Below are positions 1 through 11,613 of a DNA stretch of 64,000 bases, piece by piece. Position numbers and translations under genes: made by a program. Position 1 is the stretch's first letter, and each line of letters begins with the position of its first letter. The stretch is from Takakia lepidozioides (taxonomy: Eukaryota; Plantae; Bryophyta): assembly GCA_030704615.1 (NCBI GenBank), contig CM060734.1:4340001-4404000 (forward strand), read 5' to 3'. A model generated the notes under the pieces. It made no database searches, was not told where the DNA came from, and saw only the letters and a program-made list of their open reading frames with translations.

Positions 1-82
1 CACCTGCAGTTTTTTGTACAAACAATTTTTTTGGTTGGTTTCTCGCAACTCAAATGCCCAAAAGTTGCCATTTGTTATGCAG

Positions 83-3000
83 GCAAAGAAAGTATTGCTG
101 CAAACGACTGTGAAGGACCAGTTTCTTGGCTACATGACTTTGGATGTAAAGGTGGTCACCCTTTGTAAAGAACTTTACAGGTACCTCTTGCTCTGATTTT
201 TATGGGCATTCTGTTAGACCTACTTATTACTTTCCAGGTCTTTGTGTACTTCTTATTTACTTTGCACACATTCTCTTCTGGTTATTAAGGGAATGTCACT
301 TTTACGTATGAACATATGTGCTTTAATCCTGGTTCTATATAGAAATAGAAATCTACAGTGTACATAATAATAGCTGTCATCCCTCCTTGGCTGCTGCCTT
401 CTAGCAAGTGCGCTCAACCATTGTGGACATGGCCGAATTCAGATTCACATATACATTGTGCAGCAATGCATTAACACCTTACAGCATCCCATATATTCCA
501 GGAGAAATTGTTCAATTTACTCAAGTTGAGAATTCATGTCTGACGCTTTTAGTTCTGAGGAAAAACAAGTACCTGCATGCACAGGGTGTTAAGATTGTGC
601 AAGGCCACATATGTTAAAGCTGTCGGGTAGGATGGTCGTTTTCTTTTGAGCCAAGCATGACGACAGTACGCAAGGCATGCAAACAGGACTTTGTTCCTGG
701 ATTTGTTGCTGTCTAATTAGTAGCTGTTTGGGTTGTGTTGGACTAGCATCCATAAGAAAATACTGGACACGAAGTGCTGTGCGGATGAGATTCGAGATAT
801 TGCGCAGGTTCATGATGATTTTCTTTTTGCCTTCCGGGAAGTGACAGTGAGTCGTTGATGCATTCATGTAGGTAAAACTTAATTCTAGGTTGATTGTTCC
901 CCCGGTGAAACGAGGCATTATGATGCACATGGACTTTCTGGTTCTTGCTGTCAGAAGCAACTTTTTTTGGATGGTGTGACTGTATGAAAGTGCGAGCTTC
1001 TCCAATTTAAAGCATGTGACTTTTGGTTTACTGGATGCAGCTAAGGATTATTTTGAGAATGAAACCAGGTGCAACAGTGGGCCCGCTCTGTAATGTCCAG
1101 CAGGTACCTCTCACATTATTTTCCGTTTCGTGGGGATATCCATGACCCAGTATACCATGCCTGAGGTGCGATTGTGTTGTTGTGATTTGCAGGTACACAG
1201 GTATTTGCCCGTTACTTGGGAATGTCAGTTGACCAAGTTAACCATGTCTGAGGTGTGTTCCTTGGTTGTGATTTGCAGGTATGCTACCATGTGCTGGGTC
1301 TAGTGCATGCCATGTGGCCCCCAGTTCCTCAAACGGTATACAGCACAACCTTTCTAATGCAGCATTTCTGCTCCCAATTGTAGATATAACGGACGTTGGG
1401 TAGCATGGACTTAAGACCTTACCGGGATGACTCTTTTCCAGGCCTTGAAGACGTGTAATTGCATTGTGCTGTTGCAGATGAAGGATTACATCGCCACACC
1501 AAAACCCAATGGCTATCAGAGTCTTCATACAACAGTCATTCCATTTGGCTCAAAGACATATTTCTCTCTAGAAATTCAGGTAAATCCAAAAGGATTTGAG
1601 GTTCGGGTCATCAAGTATTCCACGAAGGGTGACATTGTGCCTTGTTGACCCTTCAATTGCCAGTATGCACTTGACCGAGTGCTTGGTTGGCAGATTCGGA
1701 CAGAGGAGATGGATAAGCTGGCAGAATGGGGAATAGCGGCCCACCACAGTGGGAAGTGGGCGGTTGAGCAGGAGTCTGATGCACTTGGTGCTTTCGCACT
1801 CGCAGGACCAAATGGCCCTGTTGTTGGCAATATCGCCAGCATTAAGCCACCTCAATCTCGAGGTTGGAGTGGCTGCTTAAATGATGCCGATATTGCTCGA
1901 AGGGTAAGTGGTGTTAGTCCTGGCCTCCCTCTTTGGATAATGCCAAAGAATTTCAGTCTGTGTGCATAGATAACTGTGTGATTGGTCTGATTTTAGTGTC
2001 TGCTGTCAACAAAAGGATGCGTCTAATGGCAGGTGAGCTGGCTCAATTCCATCCGAGAATGGCAGGAAGAGTTCGTCGGAAATATGACTTCACGAGAATT
2101 TGTAGACACCATTACTGGCGATCTCTTGGGAAGTCGTGTCTTCGTGTTCACCCCCAAAGGCACGGTCAGTGCCCTTTATTCTCCTTATTCAGTTCTCAGC
2201 ATTTAGGCACCCCCTTCCTGCATGTATGGAATTGTGATACATGAGTCTTGTTCAGTACGTGCACACAAGTCTCTGATCGAATTGACCCCAAGTTTATGGG
2301 TGGATGTTGTTTGCAGGTGAAGAATTTGCCAAAGGGGGCAACAGTGATTGACTATGCATATCAAATACACACAGATGTTGGAAATAAGATGGTGGCTGCG
2401 AAGGTAGGTGAACTAATCACATTGCTCTTTGGTTCTCATTAGTTACTGATAGAGGGGGAAGACTCTTGGAGTCTGGAGTTTTCTCTGTACTTATGTTGGT
2501 ATGTAATATGGACTGGAAAATTGTTGGCAGGTGAATGGGAATTTGGTCTCACCAACTCACGTGTTGGCCAATGCAGAGGTCGTGGAGATAGTTACCTATG
2601 ATGTGAGAGGCTGTTCTCATGCCCCTGTTCCATTTTTCCTAGTCTGTGGTTCTGCTGGGTGCTGAAAGTGTGTAGATCCTATTAAGCCAGATGCTGATGC
2701 TGGTTGTTTTACTTTAGAAGCCATCATTCAATCATTTACTGTGGCTCTTTAGGGTTTTGGGCTCTTTTGATGGGAGACATTTTTTTTTTATCATGCAGGG
2801 TGTTTCACATAAGAAGGTTTTTCAACTGCACCAGCAGTGGTTGCAGTTTGCGAAGACTAGAAGTGCCCGCCATAAGCTGACAAAGGTGGGAAGCGACTGT
2901 TAACAAGCATAATAGATGATGATGGAACTCTTTTCGCTGTTATCATACTAAGCTTGAACAAGATATTGTGTTTGATTTGCAGTTCTTGAAAGAGCAAGCA

Positions 3001-4363
3001 GCAGTGTCAGCAGTAGAGATCACAGCAGATTCAGTGAAGAATTTTGTTGAGGATGTGGATGTGGAGGATGAGCTTATGGGAGTTTGCAGCTCACACTCTT
3101 CTTCAGACTCCTTGGCCTCCTCTATGGCTTCAAGTGCCAAGCTTACCGATCAAATCAACAGAGATCCGTTTGTTTGGCACTCTTATCTTGCAAGAGCATT
3201 GACTGTAGATGACTGTGGTGGTAAAACTTCATGGCTGGTCAATGGTAAGCAACATAAGTCGTCTGAGGAGATGGCGATGAAGTTGGAAAGCAATAGTGCT
3301 ACAAAGGGTGCACTGAAGCTATGGTACAATCAGGACGAAGCCAGGGCTGGTATCGAGGCATGGCAGACTGACAGGGTAGCCCTGTGGCATGGTTCCGGAG
3401 GGGGCTCTGTCCAGTGGTTCAGCGTCTGCTGCCTTGACCGCATCAGTACCTTCCCCTTACTCCACAACTCTGCAAACACCCATTTTTCACACTGCAATTT
3501 AAGGTCTTCTATATAGATGGAATATTGCAGAGGATGCATTTAGCATGCGCCTTTGGAGTACTTATACTGGTTTTTCATCAGTCTGGGAAAATGAAGGTTG
3601 AACAGAAATTTATGCTCCAGTTACCTGTTTGCTGTTTGCACCCATTACTTGTTTTAATCTGCATCCCCAGACGAGGTCCAAAAGCGTCGGATCCATCCTC
3701 TTGTAAATTAAGGGATGTTCAGCTCAAATTCATGCTCATTCAACAACAAGCTAAATACTTGATATGATGGGGCAGGCATTCTCGCAGAAGTTACTTCAAT
3801 GCTTGGTGCTGCAGAGATTTTTGTTTGTGCTTGTGCGGTCAGTTTCATGATCTCTACCTTGGTTAAAATTCAAGGAGTTCAGGCATCAGATATCTTGAAC
3901 TGTTTCTTTGGTGGATGAGTGTAGGTCATGTAGCATGTCAGAAATTGGAACCTCAAATGCTTGTAGAATCTGAACCGAACACTGCCCAATCACTTCTCCA
4001 TTTTGAAAATGCAGGCTGAAACCGACCGGAGGAGAGGATTTGGGATCATGCTTTTCCACATTGAAGGCAGTGCTGACAGTCTGGTGAGCTGCATGACCCA
4101 CACGGCAATTTCAGCAGCTGCTTTGATTGTGGTTTGAAAGTGCTCTAATATGCAGGTCTATATCTCTACTTGGGGTCGTTGTTAGATGTTTCCACTCCAA
4201 CACTGCTGACACTGGTGATGGACAAGATTTGCTAATGCCTGTAGGGGATGTTTTAATTTTGCAGGTGCATGCATGCACCAATATTGATTTAATCGACGGT
4301 GTATTGGACTGGTCAGTTGGCTGCAGCTGGCAGAGCCCCCAGACCATCAGGCATTGTTGGTGA
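83..4363 (+). CDS. RSH1: RelA/SpoT homologue ((p)ppGpp synthetase/hydrolase, RSH1 type), 3' part; the 5' exons lie upstream of the window
   Basis: GT-AG exons 83-180, 747-807, 1041-1103, 1279-1335, 1478-1579, 1694-1903, 2033-2164, 2317-2403, 2531-2602, 2799-2885, 2983-3445, 3776-3837, 4015-4083, 4265-4363 splice in frame. Motifs: KDYIATPKPNGYQSLHTTV, EIQIRTEEMD...GIAAH (synthetase), VFVFTPKG...[30 protein letters not shown] (TGS), and an ACT-like C-terminus ending GVLDWSVGCSW...stop, as in plant RSH1. Confidence 0.95.
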
Positions 4364-5959
4364 TTTCACACGGTGATGTCACTCTAGAGAGAGAGAGGAC
4401 TCTGGCCAAAGCCAGCGTAACTAAGAGCCACTTCACCTTGCAGCTAGTGCCCCCTGTCGGGGGTGGGCTCTATATGGTAAAATAGCAGTACCGGGCTACT
4501 ACAGGGGTGGGCTCAATAGAGGTCAGTGCAACTATGTCGGTTGATTGTTTTCGAGCTTGCATTTGATGGTAACGATGGCTGTGAGGGAGCGAATGGGAGT
4601 AAGGTGAATTTCTTCAAAGCAGTTGGAGATATTCTTTAAGGGTATATTGAGGTGAGAGTAGACAGAGTTGAGGCTACGTGTGTGGATTCCACCACGAACA
4701 CCAGCCGTGATGACAATGAGTGGACCAAGTTACCTGAGAGCGAGGATCATTGTCACTCTATATTTCATTTCTTGATGTGGTCTGCAAATCTTAGTTACGA
4801 ACTGATCTGGTAAGGCCATGAGGGTGATAAGCTTTTATCATGGATGTTCCCCATGTCAGACAAGTACTCTGCTTGCACAAGCCAAATGTGAGTTGGTACT
4901 TCTAAGCAGGCTCTTGACTTCCACATGACAAGAATATGCTTCAGGAAAGTTGGTGCCAATTGATATTGTGTGCAATTCACCTCATTTGTAGTTGACATGT
5001 CCACAAAGTGCACCCTGCAGGATTGGTGTGGGAATCTTCAGTGCATCTGGTCATCATGATGCTATGAGTTGGGGAGTACAGATTTTAATTAGGCCCTAGA
5101 TGGGTAGCTCCACTGTTAATGAAAAGACCTGAAGCATTTTGGTATTGGTAGAGTTCAACCGAAAATTGTTTTTTGCAACTTTTAAGAAGGTGGGTTTTCG
5201 ATTCTATTTTTCTTTGTTTGAGTAGCTTGGGAGAAGTAGCCTAACTTCCAGGGATTACATACTATAAAACCAGTTTGTTGTTGGTCCTGATTGCACATAT
5301 TATGTCTAAGTGGACCCTCGCGGTAGTTCTTGGGAGTGGAAGTTCTTCCAATTATCAAAAACTGTTCATCTGCACAATATTTTTCTGGATATTAATAAGG
5401 TAAAGATGCCCATCGAGGATGTGTGGTTGCATGATATGGTAATATATTTGTGGTGCTTCACCATGCCAATGTTTTTTCGCACCTTGTGGTTATGCAGCTG
5501 TCTTTTCTTTTTCTTCATTGGGGGAAAAAAGATACAAGGATCCACTTTTTATTGGGCCATGGACTACGCATTCACTTGGGTCTACAACGACCTTCACATT
5601 AACGGTAGGACTGCGCATTTTTATTTGGGTCTACTAGGGTAGAATTGGCTTTATGGGGTCAGACTGGGCCACAGGAGGCGGGATGATGATGGCAGGAGAA
5701 GATGGGCAGAGATATATAAGTGGAAACGAGGCAGAAAGAGTCTCCTTGTTTTTTGGGGATGTGAGGCTTAGAACGAGGGAAGTTAGACGGATTGAGGGCA
5801 ATTCACGCTGGAGGAAGTATGTTGGCAGATGGGTGATGTGTGGGGGATTCTGGAAATGCTGAACTCGATCTATGTTCTGGTATTTGGATTCTGAAGTATG
5901 AAGGGGGAGTGGGGCTGCACTGCTCCTTGGGTAATGTGGTGGTCTTATTATCTCCTGTT

Positions 5960-6480
5960 CTGAGAAAGAAAGAGAGAGCGAGAGCAATAGCACCTAGTGT
6001 GCATTAGTACCTGCAATGAGGGTGTAGCTTGCATTCTTGGATTTCTGCATAGCTGTGTTTGATGAGAGAATGCGAACGTCCTTGAGCGAGTGTCACACTG
6101 CTATGAGAAGTGTCTCTTAGGTTGGGTAAATGGTCATGAGCTGAGAGCATGCTGTTTCTGTCGTCATGAGTGTCCCCTGTATTGTAAGATGAGAGAAAAC
6201 CAGAGAGGATGTGCGAGGGCTGAGTTGATTCTTATGAGAGTGATGGGCAAATTCCATTGAGGTGTGCATTCTTGTATCTTCGCATGGCTGTGTCCGATGG
6301 GAGAATGTAAATATCCTTGAGTGATTGTCACATTGATAGGTAAAGATTTCTGTGAGGGCTTATGAGCGCTACGTGGGCTGAGAGCATGTTGTTACTGTCA
6401 TGATGACTTGTTCTGAGGTGTGAGATGAGAGAAAAACAGAGATGAATGTGAGTAATGAGCTGCTTCTCAAGAGAGCGATA
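5960..6480. repeat. Degenerate tandem duplication with a ~235-bp unit (two copies plus a partial one)
   Basis: gcattcttg...gagaatg...tccttgag...tgtcaca at ~6031 and ~6266; gctgagagcatg at ~6140 and ~6377. Confidence 0.7.
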
Positions 6481-7129
6481 GGCAGGCTCCAATGATGATT
6501 CAGGCCAACGATGCTGCAAGGGCAATCATGGAATGTGGACACCCTGTGAATACCTGAATAATAAATGTAAGAGGGCAGAGATAAGATGAGAGAGAGAGAG
6601 AGAGAGAGAGGCCGGGTAGGATGCTGCACAGAGTCAAAGGGAACTCCGCCATGACAGAACTTGTATTTGTTGCGGGCAGTGCATGAACTGTGGGTATCAG
6701 CAGTGAACAGAGGGGAACACCTGCGCATATGCAATCACAACTTACTGCAAGATCAACAGCAAACATGCCGTGACTGTCTTCCCTTCCGCTGCGGCAGTCG
6801 TGGTATGAGAATTGGTTCGAAACTCTGAATGTGAAGTGCCAAGACTTAGGGTTTCCATGGGGGCCCTCTTTTCCCACTACAAAATATCTTGGAATGAGAG
6901 CTGGGTTCGCCAACATTTCTTCCTGTAGATCTTGGAAAAACTGCATTCCGTGGCGTGCTAGTCTATCCACTTACTTCCTCGCCTTCGGGACCAGAGACTG
7001 AAGCTATTAGTGCTATCATTTCAGCCAACACTGCATCTTCGTCTTCCCAAAACACTTCTACAAAGTTCGTATAAGGGGCTCCTATTCCTGCTTGCTCAGG
7101 CTTCCTGCTGCACTCACTTTCGAAGTGTC

Positions 7130-7330
7130 ATGAAGGTATGGGCACTTCACCACATGTAGCCCAGTTGTAATGGGCACATACCACGTTGGATGTGGTTGTG
7201 GGTTCAAACCATGGTCTGGTGTGTCATGAAGGTGTCCGCCTTTCAGCTGGAAGGCACTAGCCCTTGTAGTGAAGTGACACCATAAGTTACGCTCCCTTGG
7301 GGAGGCCTCATACTTTTTTCTTTTTTTCTT
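7130..7330 (+). mobile_element. tRNA-derived SINE with T-rich tail (family A, copy 1) inserted in gag
   Basis: A-box TAGCCCAGTTG at ~7157, B-box GGTTCAAACC at 7201, (TTTTTTC)n tail, 12-bp TSD TTTCGAAGTGTC at 7118-7129 and 7331-7342 (seen as duplicated DTSK in the gag frame). Homologous to the copies at 32.9 and 48.9 kb. Confidence 0.85.
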
Positions 7331-7716
7331 TTTCGAAGTGTCCGAGTACCTTACAGTTGTTACATTGCACTCCACATACCTCTGTGCGGGTGGCCAAACT
7401 TGGGTCCTTCCTGTCGAGCAGTTGGCTGTTAAATAACCCTCATGTCCAAAAGTGTTGCACAGACGCACCCCCCCTTAGGTGGTGTTTTGCTACCAGAAGC
7501 CTCCACAATGGTAGGGCCTTTGTCAAAGAATTTTTGCAGAGTGGTGTTCAGAGCATCATGACGCCTGTCCACCGGATTTACATACGTAACCTCATCCATG
7601 TCATCACCTTCTACAGGTTCTAGGGGACTCTTCCCCAGCCTTCCTAGCCCTCTCTCTACCTCAATGGCCATTTCTAACGCGTCATTGACAGTGGCGAATT
7701 TTCAGGAGTTACCATG

Positions 7717-7900
7717 TCACTTCCTGCATAGCGAGTGTTTGAAATTAACCAGGGTAAACCCAAACTCATCCTTCTTCATGGAGGCATTCCTCCTCACAAT
7801 TTTTGCACAAACCCACCCACCAGTGAAGATGACAACTTTAGTTCTGCCATAGTCCACTTGTAATATTTCCTTCACAATGCCCACATAGCGCACTTTACAG
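7717..7900 (-). pseudogene. CACTA/En-Spm transposase fragment (DUF4216-like) between the two gag copies
   Basis: RYVGIVKEILQVDYGRTKVVIFTGGWV...MKKDEFGFTLVNF fits the pattern YYGxIxEIxELDY...LFxCxW...KxDxxGFTxVN. Confidence 0.7.
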
Positions 7901-8749
7901 TCCTCATTTGTGCTCTCCCCGTAGGACATGTGGCCGCTATGTGTCCTCTTTGACCGCAATTGTTGCAAGTCCGCACTTCCTGAGTCATCATCCTATTTGA
8001 TGAAGTCTCTCCAACTACAGGTCCCTTAGCAAAGTACCTTTGCAAAGTATTCGTGAGATCATCAAGTCTTCTATCCGAAGGGTTGATGTGAAAGCTATCT
8101 TCCAGCTCCTCCCCTTCCAGAGGCTCAAGTGGGGTTTCACCCAACTTTCCAAGACCTGTTTCAATTTCCACTGCCGTCTCAAGTGCCTCCTCTATGTTAG
8201 TAAATTGTCTTCCTAACATAGCTCTCATAATCGCAAGCCTTAGACCTCCATGAAGCGCCTACGTTGTTCAAGATCAGGAATTCCCCCTTTCAAGAACAGA
8301 CGACTCAACTTATCAAAATAGGCCTGAACCCTTTGCCTATTTTCCTGCTTAATAGCATCTCATTTTTATCTCTGCCATGTCCACAGTACCAAATTTGGTT
8401 GTGGTAGCAGCTTGAAAGGCAGGCCAATTATCTGGCCGTGGGTTTTGTTTACGAAACCACTCGTCAGCTTTAGACCTAAGATTCAACCTAGCCACCTTGA
8501 ACATCTTATCGGGTGTTATCAGGTGTTAAGTCATGAACATCACCAAACATCTGGATCTTATCCACCCAATCATTCACATCCTCATTTTCCCTACCAAAGA
8601 AAGGAGCATCAACACCAGCAGGACTCGTCATGATTGCCTCTTCAATGTCAGAAATCCTTGCTCCAGACCCAAAAGTGTAGTATCCTCAACATGCAATAAA
8701 CAAAGACAGCCCTAATTCTGTCCTTTGTACCACTCCCACTGTCCGTTTC

Positions 8750-10053
8750 TCAGCATCTCAACAAAGGACCTCTTTGTGGGTTGTGTACACATGCCCACAG
8801 AGGGGACCCTTAGTGTTGACGCAGACAAAGCCTTCGAAGATATAAAGCTGGATTGTGTTTCGTTCCTTGCCAAAGGTCAGGTGGTTTTATTGGGTGACTT
8901 CAATGCCCGGGTGGGCAAAGGTCTCCATCAGGATGATATCATTGGGCCTTTTGGTGAGGACGAGCTGAATTCTAATGGCAGACGGTTAATTAACTGTCTG
9001 GACGAGCTTCAGCTTTTGACCTTGAATAATAGGACAAGAGGTGACCAAGTGCAGCGGACTCGTGAGAAACCCAAACTGGGAACGTTCCATTGTGGACTAT
9101 ATCATAATGGACAAAAATTTGTTTCCCCAGTGTGCCAGAACTGATATTGGTACCTCTGACCACTTCCTGGTTTGGACTGAGATCAAACTGTGTTTTCCCA
9201 ACACCAAGAGATCTGTGAAACGTTCGATTCGGAAGTGGCGCATAGCAAAATTCCGTAATGAAGAGGTCAAGACTGAGTATGTCTAGGCCTTGCAAGAGGC
9301 TCTCCCTGATTTTGTCCACTCGCTCCAAGAACTTCAGTCTCGCTCTGACAACGCAAGAAATGAAGTCGAAAGAACAGTGGACTCTTGGGAGAGTTTCGTC
9401 TCCTCTGTGGCTGACAAGATCATTGGGAGGAAACTAATTGTCTATGGTAGAGCTGTTAATTGGTGGACCAATGAGATTAAACTCAAGATAGCTGAGAGAC
9501 GAGCCCTCTATAAAGAGTGCTGCAATTTGAAAACCAACAGAGAATTGTGGGCGAGGTACTACCAGCTCCGTAAAGATATCAATAAGCTTGTAAGGTCTCA
9601 GAAGAAATTATACTGGGACAAGTTATACAATGAAATAAACTCAAACCACCATGGTGGTAATGACAAGAGATTCTGGTTGGCCCTTCAACGTTTGTACAAG
9701 CCGAAAAGCGGTCAGCAAGTACAAGCGCTGAAGACTACTAAAGGTGTAGTGGTGACTTCATCGGTTGACATTGTCAAAACCTTTGAAACTCACTACAGTA
9801 TCCTTGGCAGAACTTCTAGGGTCTAACAGTGAGGGGTCCTCTGATGAATGGAGGGACATAGTTGGAAAAATTGTTCCTCTGATTCAAAACAGCCCTAATG
9901 AACTAGAGTATATTTCAATGGCTTATAACGCTCCCATTAGTTCTTCTGAGATTGTGGAAGCAATTGAACATTTAAACGGATATAAAGCTGGTGGACCTGA
10001 GGCATAGTCAACGAGCTTATCAAGCACGGTGGCAATCCCATCATAGAGGCCCT
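8750..10053 (+). mobile_element. RTEX/RTE-like LINE, 5' half (APE endonuclease and linker), degenerate
   Basis: LLGDFNARVG, SIVDYII, SDHFLV, VNWWTNEIK, KAGGP; near-identical to 57350-58600; breaks at gaggccct (10053). Confidence 0.9.
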
Positions 10054-11613
10054 AGTTGGACGACGCTACTGCGTGAGCGTACGCTCACGCAATGGTGACG
10101 TGGCATGAGCGTAGGGTCACGCTGACGTGACGTGAGCATCAAACTGACGTGGCAAGAGCCTGCTGACATGGCGTTAGCTTGCTGACGTGGCAGTCGAGAA
10201 GACAATGTGGCATTTGGACAACGTGGCGGACGCCATGTCAACAAAAACATATTGCGCCTATAGCCGTGGCATTCATTCATAAAAACCGGAAACCAAAACA
10301 CCACAAATGACAAACCAGAAACGACTTGTGAAAGCATTCGCATCCATTCCATTTATTTCGCAACAATTACACATAAGAAATAGCACACATTGCACAACAT
10401 AATTGCAGGCTGCACTGGTACCAAATATACCAAGGGACATCAAGTTCAAGATTCATTTCATACAAAAATTGCAGAGGACCAAAGTGCACATGATGATAGC
10501 TATGTGCTTGTATCCCACTGCATAAGTGTGTTGACCTCGTTGAAATTCATAGTGGCCTGGTGAATGAAGATGTCGCGTTTGGGATCACAAACCATCCTCT
10601 TCAAGAATATTCAATACAAATGTTTGCAGGGTATGAATTTGCCTCTCTTTCCCAAACTAGTTGAAAGTATGTCAACAAAAACCAGATAGGTGCAATTGGG
10701 GAAATTCGAAACAGTGATGTCGTATGATTTGTCCTGCAGAGATGTCGATGTCATCATTGTGTAGACCCGACCATACTCCGGATCAGGAACTTGCGTAATA
10801 CTAGCTTGAAGCTTTCTTGCGGATTCGACCTTGCCGAAGTGTTCTACGGCTAGAGGGAAACGTTGAACCAGGTTTCCATTCCGTTTAGTTGGATGTAAAT
10901 GAGCGTCTGCAGGAGGCACTCGAGAACTGCCAGAACTCGAAGCACTTCCACGTACAGTGGGTTGTCGTGCAAAGGAGAAGCCTACATCCTCGAGCATTGC
11001 AATCTCCTGAGTTGTGAGATCTGTCCTCACCTTCACAAACCAAATGCTTGGTGGAGAAGGCTTCATGACCACCGATGGTCGCATAGTCCCACGCACGCAT
11101 CTACCACAGTCGTCAGCGCATAACCATAATTTGTGGTTCTTTGCCTTTGCTTTCCCGTATGGGCGAAACAAACCAGAGAAAGTCGGAGGCAGAGTCCATG
11201 CACTAGCTCTGGATATGAATGACGTGCACTTTTCGAATGTGGTGGCCTGGAGCACCGAACATTTCACTTGAGACCCAACACTGGTGTGATCTATGTGCCA
11301 AACGTCATCGGGGCACATGGACTCCACCACATTGGGGAGCATGTTCTTCTCCCGCAGTACCATTGCATTGATAGTGGGAGATGCAGGGGTTTAGGTTCCT
11401 CCATGGTGGACGTTTCGGAAATTGATGGAAGGAAACACGCAGCATGGAGAAGTTGTCCGGTCCCTGTCCGCCCTGTGCGAATCCGCATCCGAACCAGGAG
11501 GGGTGTTCAATTTCTGCTTACAAGAGCCGAATCTCTCATCGCCTTCCAGATTCGGAATACAATCTACACGAGAGGGGTTACATCGGCACACATGCTGACC
11601 GCCCCAGCTACCT
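10054..11613 (-). mobile_element. Mutator-like DNA transposon: one terminal region plus the C-terminal half of the transposase with a SWIM zinc finger
   Basis: Minus strand: KVAGAV...IPNLEGDERFGSCKQK...YDITVSNFPNCTY...KFIPCKHLY*IF...FIHQ, stop at 10500-10502. The terminal region has a 22-bp perfect palindrome (10070-10091) and repeated TGACGTGGCA motifs. Confidence 0.7.

Larger units (their letters stand above)
7082..8631 (-). mobile_element. Degenerate Ty3/gypsy-type gag: two partial copies (8631-7900 and 7710-7082), each with a CCHC zinc knuckle
   Basis: Minus strand reads MTSPAGVDAPFFGRENEDVNDWVDKIQMF...ADEWF...NWPAF; EALETAVEIETGLG and DALEMAIEVERGLG are the duplicated segment; knuckles CNNCGQRGHIAATC and CNTFGHEGYLTANC; many stops and frameshifts. 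Confidence 0.75.

Noticed and set aside
4364-5640. Short ORFs downstream of RSH1
   Set aside because: No motifs; consistent with 3' UTR or intergenic sequence. Most other short ORFs in the track are antisense or off-frame shadows of the features listed.
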